The notes under the pieces: model-generated
What the model saw: the letters and a program-made list of their open reading frames with translations, nothing else
Database searches by the model: none
Told to the model about the DNA's origin: nothing
In this document: positions 37,189 to 51,059 of the stretch, one piece after another
Position numbering within the stretch: the first letter of the stretch is position 1
Layout: every line of letters begins with the position of its first letter
From: Octopus vulgaris
Lineage: Eukaryota
Reading direction: 5' to 3'
Length of the DNA stretch: 64,000 nt
NCBI GenBank assembly: GCA_951406725.2
Contig: OX597823.1
Location: forward strand, 43,090,001 to 43,154,000
Position numbers and translations under genes: made by a program

Positions 37189-38215
37189 ATGTTTGTGTCT
37201 TTCTGTGATATACGTAAAAATCCAAGCAGTAATCCAGAAAAACGTAAAATTGAAGATATTGCACGATTCAGGCTCACGAGGAAAAAATAACCGGAAAATA
37301 GAAAAACTGATATTCTATGCACGACGCTGTATTAAACAGAATAAATTGCTTTAAAAATACGATGCACCAACAAATCTGCCAGTTAGGTGATTCTACAGCG
37401 AGCATGTTTCGTGATACGTTCGCATGCCTACTTAGAGACCATCGTTCAATGCAGTACATATGTATATGCGTGTGATCGGTATATAATATATGCATTCATA
37501 AATGCATGAAAACTACATCGATTCTGGAACCTTTAGCTGATGAACGATATTTCCGTCTTCGTTCTAGTCTTCTGTAACCGTCTTCGCCTCTCATGCTATT
37601 TAAAAACATAATTTTTGTCCTGCACTTATTCTTTGTAACACTCACATACGGATTTCTTAATAAATGATACAGTTACAATACACAAATAGAAATAAATGTG
37701 GAGATCTAAATACTATTTATTTTTCACAGATTTTTAAGTTTAAATTGCACAAGTCGAATGTGCATAAATGTACCTGGTACTTACCAAACTGGTTTCAAAT
37801 TACCTTAAACTCTTATCTTCTGACCATATGAACTAATGCTTCCTCGATATGCCACCTTTAAGACATTCTTCCCTTTCTCTTTCTTCTCCCTCTCTCACCT
37901 GCTTGCAGTAAGACTGTTTCATCATTCCTTTTGTATATTTGTACTTGCACACTTTCATATAAATACATTCATGACGCTTAATTTGTTTATCTTCTATTTT
38001 CTGACATCCATACCTGTTCTACGAAGATCATTTATATACATGACTTCGTACACTTCAGGAAAGGAAAAATTTGTATAAATATTTAACTTGTGTAAGTGCC
38101 TCTGTAAATATAGATACTTCTTTTGATGGTTTATCAAATTGCAATAACATTGAATAAAAATATTGATACAGATTTTTCCTTTCCTGGAGAGTGTACACAT
38201 TTTTGGGGCGGACTC

Positions 38216-38282
<67 letters not shown>

Positions 38283-39404
38283 ACACACATTATATTATAT
38301 ATATATATATATATATATAATAGATAGTGAGAGAGAGAGACAGTGACAGACAGACAGAGAAAGAGAGAGAGAGGAACTCTCTATGGTGTACCTTGTGTGA
38401 ACTATAAGTAAGCAAGAAGTCAACGGGGATCACTGTCAAACTGGAAAGGTATAAACACTTTGATTCTGGAGAATGTCGCGGAGCAATTAACAGTTAAAGC
38501 ATTAATGAAATAAATTCTTTTTAACGCTTGAAACACTATATGCAAGTAATACATAGAGGACTTAATAACCTGTGAAGGAGGATTCTCTGAAAGCTTATTA
38601 CCGATAGTAAGAATTATTGAGTGGAAAAAGTTCATGAAGCTATTAACGCTCCTGGCCACAAGACGATTCACTTTTCGTTGTTACGTAAAAAGTGTATAGC
38701 TGCTCGGAGTGCGACGATTAGTTACGGCTATATGGTCGCTGATGATTTCCCACGATCGAGTGCACATTAAAGCTGTTTTTGTAACTATGCGTTTTGACAC
38801 TTGAAGCAAACACACAGGTGAATATGCATGCAAATGATACACACATACAGATAGAGAGAGTAAGAGAGAGACTGAGGTAAAGAGTAAAAGAGATATGATT
38901 TTTTTAATTGAAAACTACTGACAGATATTTTCCCTCTCTCCATACGCAAAAAGAGTAATATGTTCACACACACATAGAGAGAAAGAGACAAACACACACA
39001 TACATAGAGACTGACAGAGAACGATATAAATATTAAAATTCATGTCAAGTGAAGTCAACGTCAAATCAGTGATGCCAAGTAGGAGGCGCCAAATAGGCGG
39101 CATCAAAGTGACCAAGCCAGGACGACTTATACCGGTTGCTGAATGACAGTAAGACGCGGATTGTGAATGGAAGTACGAAGTATGGGAGAAGGCAAAGCAG
39201 AAATGAAGCAGGCATGCTCTGGTAGATGAATAATGTGAGCTTGCAGTTATGACGTGTTATAGATAAGCAGAGAAAAGCTGGATAATAGATGAATCATGTG
39301 TAGTGGGTATGAGAGATGAAAGTGTAATTACACGTCATGGGCAGGGGGTGGAAAATGTGTAAAGATGTACTGATGTGCCGAGTCTAGCTAACTTCCTCCG
39401 AGTC

Positions 39405-40125
39405 TAGCTAACTTCCTCTGTTTACAGAGTTAGTGTTTGGAATGAATGTGTATAATGTGTGATCGTCGCATTGACCATGACAGAGAAAGTTGAGCGGAGA
39501 ATCTGCATTAAATTTTGCCAAAAGCTTGGCAATACCTGCGTAGAGGCCTACGCAAAGTTTTCTAAGAGTTTTCATCGGCCTCGATACAATCAAGGGGATC
39601 TTGTGCAACTAAAGACCCGAGTACCTCTTTGGTCAGCTGAAGGCAGTTTTGCCAAAAACTTGTCAGACACGCATCTCACACCCAAATTTTTAGTGATAAG
39701 AGACTGAACTGAACCGTAAATAATCTGCACATACTCTGATAATTCACGGATCATGATACGAAGGTTTTCTCCTTACAGCTACACGTACATCTGCGATGTT
39801 TTTCTCACTTCTGCTGGTTGCAGATCTCCCAGAACGTTCGAAAATATCGACATTTTTTCAGCCATCTTGGAAACATCTGATCCACTCCTACACTTTTGTG
39901 CAGTTCACACACTCCTCTTCATACACTTTCTGCAACTTTACGTAGGCCTTGAAGCAGATGTCTCCGTGACAACTTTCTCTATCATGGTCGACGCGACGAT
40001 CACATGCTACACACCTTCCTTGCAAGCTGTACTGTAAACAGCGGAGGTGAACTACAGCGTTAAAACTTAGTGTGCATTCACAGTAGAGACGAAGGTCAAT
40101 CTCTACTTAGCGACTTCACTCTGCG
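39405..40125. mobile_element. Mariner-derived fold-back element (same family as 10927-11545)
   Basis: VERRICIKFCQKLGNTCVEAY on +, longer mariner 5' part on -. Confidence 0.8.
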
Positions 40126-40242
40126 TGCTTCTATGTATGTATGTATGTATGTATGTATGTATGTATGTATGTATGTATGTATGTATGTATGTATGTATGC
40201 ATGCATATATATGTGTGTATGTATTTATGTATGTATATGTGT

Positions 40243-40527
40243 ATGTATGAAAACTTCTTGAAAACATTGCGTGGGCTTCTGAGCAGATATTGCCAAGCTT
40301 TTTGCAAACTTTTATATAGATTTACTGCTCAACCTTCTCTGTCGTGGTTAATGCGACGACCACACATTACGCACCTTCCTTCCAAGCACTACTGTAAACA
40401 GGGGAAGTGAGCTAAAACGCAAAAACTTAGTGTACATGCACAAAGGATTCCAAGTCAATCTGTGCCAAGCGGTTTCACTCTCCGTGTTTTAGCTTCGTTA
40501 CTATGACAACAGTCCCGATACTTATTT
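40243..40527 (-). mobile_element. Third copy of the short mariner 5' arm
   Basis: Reverse complement matches 10935-11160 and includes a TIR remnant at ~40500-40527. Confidence 0.75.
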
Positions 40528-40533
40528 GTGCGA

Positions 40534-40566
<33 letters not shown>

Positions 40567-40678
40567 CGTGTGTGTGTATATTTTTGTGTCTATGTATATA
40601 TACGTATGCATGAATGTATCTATCTATGTGTATGTAAATATATATATATATGTTTGTGTGTATATGTACATATATCTG

Positions 40679-40723
<45 letters not shown>

Positions 40724-41550
40724 ATATATGCCTAGATGATGTTGAACAAAAAAAAAAACACTGCAAAAAGACGCTCACTTCCAGCATCTCGATTCCTTGG
40801 CATGATGGTAAAATAGTCTTCAATCTCGATTTCTCCTCAAAAATCTGAAATCTTCCATACACTCCAGAAATCAATATAGACGTCTTCATCAATGTGTAGA
40901 ATAAAATTTAAAAAATAAAAAAACAAAAATACTACCAGTGTTTGTTAACTTGCTAAATGCTTTCTACGTGACTCTTACAAAAAATAAATAAATTTGGATA
41001 TCGTTAGTTTGATGCGATTTAATGACTTTTTCTTTACCAACAAGTTAAAACAAGAGGAAAGGCCTTGAGCATAATCTATCAGCAGTTAATTTATGTCAGA
41101 CAAGATTGTCACTGCTATAGAAGTTGGAATAATGTTTTAGTTTTATTTGCAGAAGTATGCAAAAGCAACAGCCAAATATTTTCTCTGTTTAACGAGATTT
41201 TATCAGTTGTTTATATTTCTCGTCTACAAATAACTGCAGTTGAAATCCATATTCGCTGATTTCCATCTGTAGATTGTCGTTTTATATTGAACGTTTGGGA
41301 CTTTGTATAAAAATTAACGGAATAATATAGCCATTACTCTCGGGACAATTAGAAAAGTAGCCATATTTTTACTATGCCAAAGTAAATTGATATATATGTA
41401 TATACACACACATATATATATATATATATATGAATGTGAGTGTTTGTGTGTGTGCATGCACACACACACATACACAGTATATAAATAGAAGCTAAACATA
41501 AGTTTACACATGTTTTTAGTGTATGTATATATTTGTATATATTTATATAT

Positions 41551-41606
<56 letters not shown>

Positions 41607-41607
41607 C

Positions 41608-41638
<31 letters not shown>

Positions 41639-41802
41639 ATGTATGCATTATGTATGTATGTATGTATAGAGAGAGAGTGAGAGAGCGATAGAGGGAGACA
41701 GTGAGAAAGAGTAAAGCCATGGGTAAAAAGAAATATCTATAAACCTATCTATGGAAGATATTTTATGTACACAAAGAAGTGAATAAAATAAAATAAGCAC
41801 GG

Positions 41803-41848
<46 letters not shown>

Positions 41849-41886
41849 TATATGCATATATATATATATGCACATATATATATATA

Positions 41887-42248
41887 GTTGGTACTCCGTC
41901 GGTTACGACGACGAGGGTTCCAGTTGAACCGATCAACGGAACTGCCTGCTCGTGAAATTAAAATGCAAGTGGCTAAGCACTCCACAGACACGTGTACCCT
42001 TAAAGTAGTTCTCGGGGAGATTCAGCGTGACACAGAGTGTAACAAGGTTGGCCCTTTGAAATACAGGTACAACAGGAACAAGAAGAAAAAGTGGGAGAAA
42101 GTTGTGGCGAAAGAGTACAGCAGGGGTCGCCACCAGCACCTGCCGGAGCATCGTGGAGCATTAGGTGTTTTCGCTCAATAAACACTCACAACGCCCAGTC
42201 TGGGAATCGAAACCGCGATCCTATGGCCGCGAGTCAGTTGCGGCTCCA
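41887..42248 (-). mobile_element. tRNA-derived SINE with the head and body of 10032-10346 but a different 3' tail
   Basis: 42085-42240 matches 10158-10320; 41887-42072 matches 60628-60812. Confidence 0.85.
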
Positions 42249-43109
42249 TTATATGTGTATGCATGTTTTAAAATATCCCAAATGATAAAATGTCCATAAT
42301 TCTCTTGATTCGGTTTATCCTTTTCTTTATAAGATTTGCGACGATTGATAAGTACTAAAGATATACCATTGATAAATATAGTCAGATACTAAGCTAGTAG
42401 TTGTTACTCACCATTTGTAAGATTTTCTCATGTTGTTCGAAGTCGTGATGACAAATGTTATGCCATTAATCTCACCAATATTTTCTGCAAGGATAGGTAT
42501 GTAAATGTTATATGCAAATTACAACGTTACTGATTTTAGAACGAAATATAAATTATATAGATCATATATAACATGTATACTGTGCGGCCAAAAGAAAACT
42601 CGAAGATTCGTTATTCTTCATAAATGTATCAAGAACAAACGCATGTTCTGCATCGTTCCAAAACATAATGGTAATTGCACAAAAAAAAAATGATATATGG
42701 TAAACAAACTTAGCTGCATTAAGACTCCGCTTCCATATGTCTAACGTTACATCACACGAATGGCTATGTAAAAAATATTTTTGTGTCGCACCCTATACAG
42801 TTAACTAAATTCAATTTATTGCATCATATTACTTTTTTTTACCTGAATTTCATGAGGCATTGTTTAACTGATCTTCTTTGCTTATGGACTAAATCCCTCA
42901 CGCTGAGAACGAGGACATCAGTTCCTTCATGAGATGGCGCAGAGAAGCAATTGCACTACCTTTGTATAGTGAAGTTTGCGTCCTTCACATTTGCACAGAC
43001 TCTATACGTGGTGAATTCCAGGAAGTTAGTACAGTTATTTTATGTTTCAGCCAGTAGTAATTAGTGAAAAAAAGATCGGATTAAATTTTTCAGAAAACTA
43101 GTGACAACT

Positions 43110-43537
43110 AGGCGCAGGAGTGGCTGTGTGGTAAGTAGCTTGCTAACCAACCACATGGTTCCGGGTTCAGTGCCACTGCGTGGCATCTTGAGCATGTGTC
43201 TTCTGCTATAGCCAATGCCGACCAATGCCTTGTGAGCGGATTTGGTAGACGGAAACTGAAAGAAGCCTGTCGTATATATGTATATATATATATATATATG
43301 TGTATGTGTGTGTGTATGTGTTTGTGTGTCTCTGTTTGTCTGCCTAGCATTGCTTGACAACCGATGCGGGTGTGTTTACGTCCCCGTCACTTAGCGGCTC
43401 GGCAAAAGAGACCGATAGAATAAGTACTGGGCTTACAAAGAATAAGTCCCGGGGTCGATTTGCTCGACTAAAGGCGGTGCTCGAGCATGGCCGCAGTCAA
43501 ATGACTGAAACAAGTAAAAGAGTAAAGAGTAAGAGTA
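43110..43537 (+). mobile_element. Full-length tRNA-derived SINE with internal microsatellite and CR1-like 3' tail
   Basis: GGCGCAGGAGTGGCTGTGTGGTAAG (A box), GGTTCAGTGCC (B box), internal (TA)/(TG), tail GGCGGTGC...CAGTCAAATGACTGAAAC then (AAGAGT)n. Confidence 0.9.
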
Positions 43538-43971
43538 ATGTACTAGGCAGTCGAACGGTTGTAATTAGATTACTCGAATGTTCTACGTCATATGATGTGT
43601 GACTTTGTAGGTATATATTTGTCACCATCTGTTATTTCAAGAATTATGGCATATATACATTAATTATGGTTTAACATTTTTTTTTAAAACTTCCTTCGTT
43701 CTTATTATAGAATAGAATATAAAATTAATATTAATTTTCTAAAGAAAACATTTATCACCTTGAATAAATTATACAAGTAAAATTTCTCATTAATATTTTT
43801 GCAATAAATATATGCTATCCTAAATTTCATCAATATAATCGCAATTCATTCCGTCGCAAAAAATATCTTTGCAAAACTTCGTTGCAAAATAGTTTAAACT
43901 CTCAGAAAGATATTAGACACGTCTCCTGCACCTCTTGCCCCACAACGCACACACACACACACACACACACA

Positions 43972-44008
<37 letters not shown>

Positions 44009-44497
44009 TCACTCACACACACATACACACACACGCACACACACACATACACACACACACAAGCACACACAAACATACAGACACTTTCTTCCTTTGTCTC
44101 TGTTTCTCTGTCTGTCTGACTCTTTTCTTCCCTCTCTCTCACTCTCTCTTTCTTTCTTTTTTATTCTACGATATAAAGCGTGACTAGTGACATCAACAAA
44201 ACAACGTCTATATCAACTATTGTTCAATAGTGATAAATTTAAGCAATTACTCAATTTAGTTGCTTAAATTGTCTATAGATAAAAATTCCTAGGTCTTCAT
44301 ACATTTCGACATGTTTCGTTGCTCAGCCTGTTCATGTTCTTCTAAGCACAAAGGTTTTTGTGATCACTGTAGCTGTTTATAACGTTAATGATAATAATAA
44401 TATTTTGCTTGAAATTATGGCCATAAATATTACATGATTTGCCTTTGAATAGTAATATATATATATATATATATATATACATGCATACATATATATA

Positions 44498-44630
44498 TAG
44501 TTAATCCAAACATGAAAATACAAAGAGAAAACGCAACAACGCGAGGACGTGGAACAAGTATAGTATTAGTGGACGCTCAGGAAAGAAGGAAAGAAGGAGG
44601 GTTTAACGTTTCAAGCGTAGCTCTTCGTCA
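44498..44630 (-). mobile_element. Truncated copy of the 20415-20618 HHR element
   Basis: Same 3' end (TAGTTAATCCAAACATG on +); breaks inside the HHR core; flanked by (TA)n. Confidence 0.8.
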
Positions 44631-44675
44631 TATATATACATATGTATGTATGTATGTATCTATGTATGTATGTAT

Positions 44676-45120
44676 CAGGTCATCCCATAAGTTCTGTCCG
44701 AATTTTGAATAAAGAAAACAAGTGATCAAATGTTATATTTAATTGAAATTTAATCATCACTGTACTTTCCCTGATTATCTATGACTTCCTTCCATCTATT
44801 TACAAGCTTTTTAATCCCATCAATGTAAAACTCTTTTGCTTTCAAAGCAGAGAACTCTGAAATGTCAGTTTCGACCACCTCCAGGCTTGCTAAAGTTATG
44901 TCCCTCAAATGATTGTGTAAACTACGAAACAAAAAATAGTCTGAAGGAGCAAGGTCGGGAGAATAAGGTGGATGAGGATTTCTTTCCCAGCCAAGCTCCT
45001 CGATCTTCTGTGATGTGATCTTTGCAGTGTGGAGTCGCGCATTGCCTCATGAAATATCACTCCTTTTCGATTCACTAAAGCGGGTCTTTTTTTCTTCACA
45101 GCTTGGTTGAAACGCTCTAA
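44676..45120 (-). mobile_element. Mariner transposon 3' remnant
   Basis: KRPALVNRKGVIFH, PYSPDLAPSDY, FYIDGIKKLVNRWKEVIDNQGKY; TIR-like TCAGGTCATCCCATAAGTTCTGTCC after TA. Confidence 0.9.
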
Positions 45121-45228
45121 ACTGCCCGAAGCTACAGCAGAAGATAATTGATGCCACACAGTGGGACTGAACCCGGAACCATGTGGTTTGGAAGCAAGCT
45201 TCTTACCAAACACCCACGCCTTCGCCTA
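45121..45228 (-). mobile_element. SINE head fragment
   Basis: GTGGGACTGAACCCGGAACCATGTGGTTTGGAAGCAAGCTTCTTACC matches the head of the 43110 family. Confidence 0.8.
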
Positions 45229-45389
45229 TATGCAAGATAAAATCATATATACTACCCTGTCGTTTTTCCTGTTTTCTAGATTTCATTTAACATTTTCTAA
45301 CATTCCAATATATCCTTTTCATTTCAAGAAATATAATGTACCAAGATTTTTGTAATTGTAGGAGGCGTTCGGAGGACCAGCATAAGTCA

Positions 45390-45626
45390 TTACTCGTTTT
45401 ATTCATTTGACTGCGGATGTGTTGGAACAGCATCTTGAAGTGATTTAGTTGAAAACGTAGACCCTTAAACTTATGTTTTTAAGCCTAGTACTTATTTTAT
45501 CGGTTTCTTTTGCCGAACAGCAAAGATACGGGGACGTAAACACACCAATACCGGCTGTCAAGCTGTGTTGGGAAACAAACACAGACACAAAGATACAACG
45601 CGCCCGCGCACTCACACATATATATG

Positions 45627-45689
<63 letters not shown>

Positions 45690-45822
45690 GACCTCCTTTC
45701 AGTTTCCGTCTATCAAATTCATTCGCAAGGCTTAGGTCGGCCGAGGCTATTGTAGAAGACACTTGCCCAAAGTGCCACGAAAATGGATTGAACCGGAAAC
45801 CATGTGGTCGGGAACCAAGTTT
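45390..45822 (-). mobile_element. SINE of the 43110 family, diverged
   Basis: Head, internal (TA)n and 3' body all align in reverse complement. Confidence 0.8.
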
Positions 45823-48225
45823 TTTTTTTCGTGTTTCTTCCTCAATTAATTAGCAACCGGTATGTGCTTTTTTACTTCCATTTGATGTTGCGGTTCAGCA
45901 AAGTGGATCGATAGAATAAGAACAAGACTAAAGAACAGTGAGACCGGCTATTTGGATCCCAGCATGATTGCAATGAAAGGAACTATGGCTCCTTCACTTG
46001 TATGCACTATATACTGTTATGGAAATTACATGGTATATTACAAACGCGGTATCCAGTTGCTTTGATTTTGGTATATTTTTATAATATACCATGACCATAT
46101 TCTTCCACACACCCACCGAGACATTCAGGATGTCAAACACATGAAGAAATATTACGAAGCATATTCTCTCCAGTTGTTTACTCTTATGAGAGAGGACTTT
46201 GTTTTTTTATATCGTAGTCACACGACAAAATATGAATTTTAATATCGTCTACGCTTTATCTAGCAAATATCTGCGTGTCATTATTGCTTATTTTATTACC
46301 GTCATTGTTGATATCTAAACCAAATAAAGCATCGTTAAGATTTTATTTTGTTATAGAGTGTGAACTGGAAAAGGTTTCCAAATGGGAATTTGAAACTGTA
46401 TCCGAAAATCAATTGCAATTTTACTTTATGATAGTAAGAAGACACGGTGTTGATTGGTTTTTAATGGGGAAAATATCATAAATTCTAGCGTAGCCCATTT
46501 TGATGGTGGATGTATACTGTTTACTGTAAGTCATTACAGAGAAGATTAATAGCAATGCCCCAAGAGAAGAAATACACATTTAATAAAGGATTAAAGGATT
46601 TATTTCTACATACTCCAGTTGTGTTGTTGCCAAGTGACTTTATTTTTTTTAGCATTGTCTGCCTTCTCGAATGAAAGTAAAGTAAATGTAGATGGGGAGG
46701 ATGGCAGGGTCTATAACCGCTTAGTGTTTATCCCAGGATGGTGGAAAGAGAGGGAGTAATGTATCCTCAAACACTGGATGTTTCTAACAAAGGTCCTCAA
46801 AGTTCCAGTTGGTTGTGATGTTAAACCCGGCAATGGATTACCTCTAGTACCCAAATGCACCAATAACGTGACTGCCAAGATCCTGAACAAATGACGCAAG
46901 GTATCCAGTCCGATGACAATGTACTTCTGTCAATCCAATGGCTTGATGCTGTTTATCAATACAAATGATCGCATTTTTATCAACGGAAGTGATTGCATTT
47001 TATCCAGTATACTACATCTCTACTACATACGCGCATAAATGTTTGTGTGACAAATTTTGCTTATTATATATGCGTGTGTGTGCTTTTTTATTGTATGCAC
47101 GCGCGTGTGGTGTTGTGTATGTAATGTTAAAAAAATGTCTATCTTCTTAAACTGTTGTAAATCACTCTGATCTTGCTGGGACTAGATACCATCTTAGTTT
47201 CTAGAGCAACAATTTAGTTCGTCCAAATGAAGACAATTGTGTCCTGGGACATAAGCATGGAGGAGGCTAAAGAGAAGATGAGAACAAAGTACCAGGAATT
47301 GATGGGCATCTATTGTAAGAATGGGTGTAGAATAAGATGAATACCATTGGATTCTGACAATCGAACGTTTGCATGTCGTACTGTAGACCAGTGGAATTTT
47401 AGGCATTTCACGAGCTTGCAGAAGGACAGCCCTCAAGAGTAACATAGAAACTGCTGAGAAAGCGTCTCGTTAGTTCTGGCTGAATAGACTTGATTGGTGG
47501 AGTTAGTAGAATGCTGCTTGAGCATAGGCCTCAGCTTTGTCAAACTAGGTCGGAATTCTAATTGTTTCCACCTCCAGAGAGTGATTCATTTTCTAAATGG
47601 CAATTAAGGCCATTACCTCATTAGAAGGAGAGCTAAATTCTATATTCAAGATGTCTTCAAACTTATATGCAATTAAAGAACAGGGCAAGCTTATTGTCTG
47701 GAGATAGGAGGCCAATCGTAGAGATGTATTTTTACCGTAAAAGCCAGCCATCATCACCACAACAGTTGCCCATGTGCATTGCCGGTAACCAACCAATTTA
47801 GACTCATACAAAGGAATTTATGCCGAAAAGCATATGTTTATTGAGTTCTAAGAACAGGTTATTAGTACAGATATGCCGAAGTAATATATATAATATAATA
47901 TAATATAACATAAATGTAAAGACAAGCAAGTTAGGCAAGTCGATATAAAAAAAAATATTAAATATAGTTAATTAAAAAAATGTACATATGTATACATTTA
48001 AAAAAAACTCCGACTTACACAGAATAGAAAGGATATCAGGAATTAAAGGGGTTGAGTAGGAGTTTTACGAGTCTAACATCTGTTTCTAGGGACTTGGTGG
48101 TCCAAAATAATGATTGCAACTTGGTTCTATCATTGGATAACACCAGCTTCCGTCTTCCTCTCTGAAGGTCGACGACGATGGTGATGATGACGGTGGTGGT
48201 AGTGGTGGTGGTGGTGATGTTGCTG

Positions 48226-48257
<32 letters not shown>

Positions 48258-49004
48258 GGTGGTGGTGGTGGTGGTGGTGGTAGTGGTGGTAGTGGTGGTT
48301 ATAAGGTGGGAGATGATAAGTACGGTAAATATGAGATATTACCAGGTTAATTGATTTTCTAACCCTATTTAACCATTGTATTCTTTGTATTTATTTCATT
48401 CAAGCCATGTACCCGAGTTATACTCGAGAAAGCCATAAACTGCCATATTTTGATTGGAACCTGTCTTAAAAGTTTCGGAACTTCTCTGCAATTTATAAAG
48501 ATATATCTATACGTTTATTTGTACACAAAACATCTGACATACAAATAAGGATATAAGAAAATCCCAAACAATGACACGCATATAAACATGCACAAATATA
48601 TCATAATACACACGTCTGTATATTTACGAACGTATTTATGTATGCGTATATGCATGTATGTATGTATGTATGTATGCATGTATATCTATGTATGCACATA
48701 AATGCATGTACGCTCACGCATATATACATATATGTGTATACAGATAAATTTAGCATAAACATGTATGTATATATATACATAAGTAAATTTATATAGATAA
48801 ATGCATAAATATTTGTGAGTGTATATATATATATATATTCATTTATATATACATATATATATACTTTGATACATGCATACAAATATACATACGCGCATAT
48901 ACATATCCACCCCGCAACATATATATCTATACGCACATGCACACACACACTCGAATATTCATCTGTGTGCACGCATATTCACGTGTGTGTGTGTGTGTGT
49001 GCGT

Positions 49005-49062
<58 letters not shown>

Positions 49063-50446
49063 GTGTGTGTGATCGTTAGTGTGGATGTATACGATTTCTA
49101 CTCGCGCATGTCTGTGTTTATATATATATATGTCCATATTTACGGTTCTGATGTCATCTACCTCTTATCATTGCAGCGCCAGTTACTTTATCGAGCAGGT
49201 GTTGGTAAGACGTTAGATAGGTTCTTCAGATTTATAGCCTGTCAAAGAAATTCTTTGCAAGATCAAAAGCTTCTAGCCGGTCGGCGCCGTTCTCTTTCTC
49301 ATGTACTTCACGCTATTCTTTTCATATTACTTTAGGATGCATGTGTGATAGAATCTCACTGAAATCATTTTAGGAGAACAATGGCAAAACGCGACTCCAA
49401 CCGATCAATTCCCAACCCTTGAACTTTTAGGTCAGGCAATGCTGTTTCTAAAGCTGTCGCTTTCCGGAAAGATTTCCTTTGAAATTTGATCTTATGAGCT
49501 TTGGGTTTGAAAACAACCGCTAAATAAACAGAGCGGACATGGGAAAGAAAGAGAAATAAATAAACAAGGAAAGAAGAGAAGAGAAGAAAGAAGGAAGAAA
49601 GCAGAAAGACAACCAAAGGGAAAGAGAACAATGAGAACGATGAGGAGGGTTGTGAAAGAACACTAAATCTCAGGTCGGTTCTGAAATATCAGTAAAACTA
49701 GAATTCATATCACAATAAAGGTTTTAAACGTTGTTTAATGTCTGACATATAATGGGATGTTGTGACATTCATGGATTATTGTCATGAAGATTCATAACTT
49801 TGATAAGTGCAACTATCAAATGGAAATCTGATCAAGGTCTCAAATCTGCAGAGTATTTATTGCATGGCATTTTATTTTTGTTTTTAAAACGAACGATTTC
49901 TGATTTGCCACGAGGGATTAGATTTATAAAGCGATAAAGAGTATAAAGTTGTCACGTCTATCCGTTTCTAATGAATCTTTAGCCGTGAAAGTTAAGCAGT
50001 TTCGGGCGAGTAATTGAAACTTGTGGACAGATAGTGTGGCGGGGGGACATAGTTTTCCGAAAAACCTACCGACACTCTCCGACTACAACTATTATAAACC
50101 AAATATCTTAAACAGATTCACCGTTACTGTTATTATGTCGACAGAAGACATCAATAGCTATGTTATCGAAGCCCTTGGCGTTTCTTCTGGTCGAAAGTGT
50201 ATTTATCTAAATAGAAATGGTTTTCATAAACTTTATATGATGTTTTCTTTGTAAGTGATATAATGATATTGTTGTTAAAGACACCAGATGGTGTTGAAGA
50301 AGTAGGAAAGAACTTGTAATCTCTTCTACGATTAAAGTTCAACTCCTGCTGTGGTCCATGTTACTTTCAATAATACAGAATCGATTAGACAATTAACCAC
50401 TCGTTTGTGTGACGATTCAAGAATATAGAAAATATCGTGAATATAG

Positions 50447-50597
50447 CAGGTGCGGGCATAGCTATGTGGTTAAGAACCTCGCATTGCACTCATTAAGTCC
50501 CACTGTACGGCACCTTAGGCAAGTTTATCTCAAATAACCCCCTTCAAATAATGCCTTCTAAATGCATTTGGCAGCTCAAAATTGCGCAGAAGCCCGC
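50447..50597 (+). mobile_element. Diverged SINE 5' half
   Basis: GGTGCGGGCATAGCTATGTGGTTAAG...GTCCCACTGTACGGCACCTTAGGCAAGT...AGAAGCCCG. Confidence 0.7.
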
Positions 50598-50623
50598 ATA
50601 TATATATATATATATATATATAA

Positions 50624-50809
50624 AATAAAGGGTAAAAATCATTAATGATTTTACCAGGTGGTCAGCGCGGAAATATTTTTACAGTTCGTGATGAGGCGTA
50701 CAGCCAATCCATACTTATAATTATAAAATATTTTGTCAAGTTTACCTGTGAGGTTTTTATTTCCGCGCTGACCACCTGGTGAAATCATTACTGATTTTTA
50801 CTCTTTATT
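50624..50809. repeat. Inverted repeat, ~52-bp arms with ~82-bp spacer, next to (TA)n
   Basis: ACCAGGTGGTCAGCGCGGAAATA pairs with TATTTCCGCGCTGACCACCTGGT. Confidence 0.9.
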
Positions 50810-51059
50810 ATAATTAATATTTGAAAATCTTAATTAACTGTAGACTAGGTCTTGACACACTATATGTGGGTATAAAAGAAAGATGTTTATTGTACTTTGC
50901 AGTATATTTCTTCGAGTGTGGATGGATATTGGTTGAGCGACGTCGCGGCCTGCATGCATATTTCGAGATACTCGTATAAATTTATGCTATGGAATACCGC
51001 TGCTGATGATAGCAGTAAGTAATATTTTCTACTTTAAGCTTGAAACAGGAACTTGTACA

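Noticed and set aside
37525-37570. CTGATGA followed by a small stem as a hammerhead
   Set aside because: No GAAA or stem III follows.
46700-47830. Possible decayed LTR-retrotransposon gag/protease
   Set aside because: The composition suggests old coding DNA, but I could not identify a motif.
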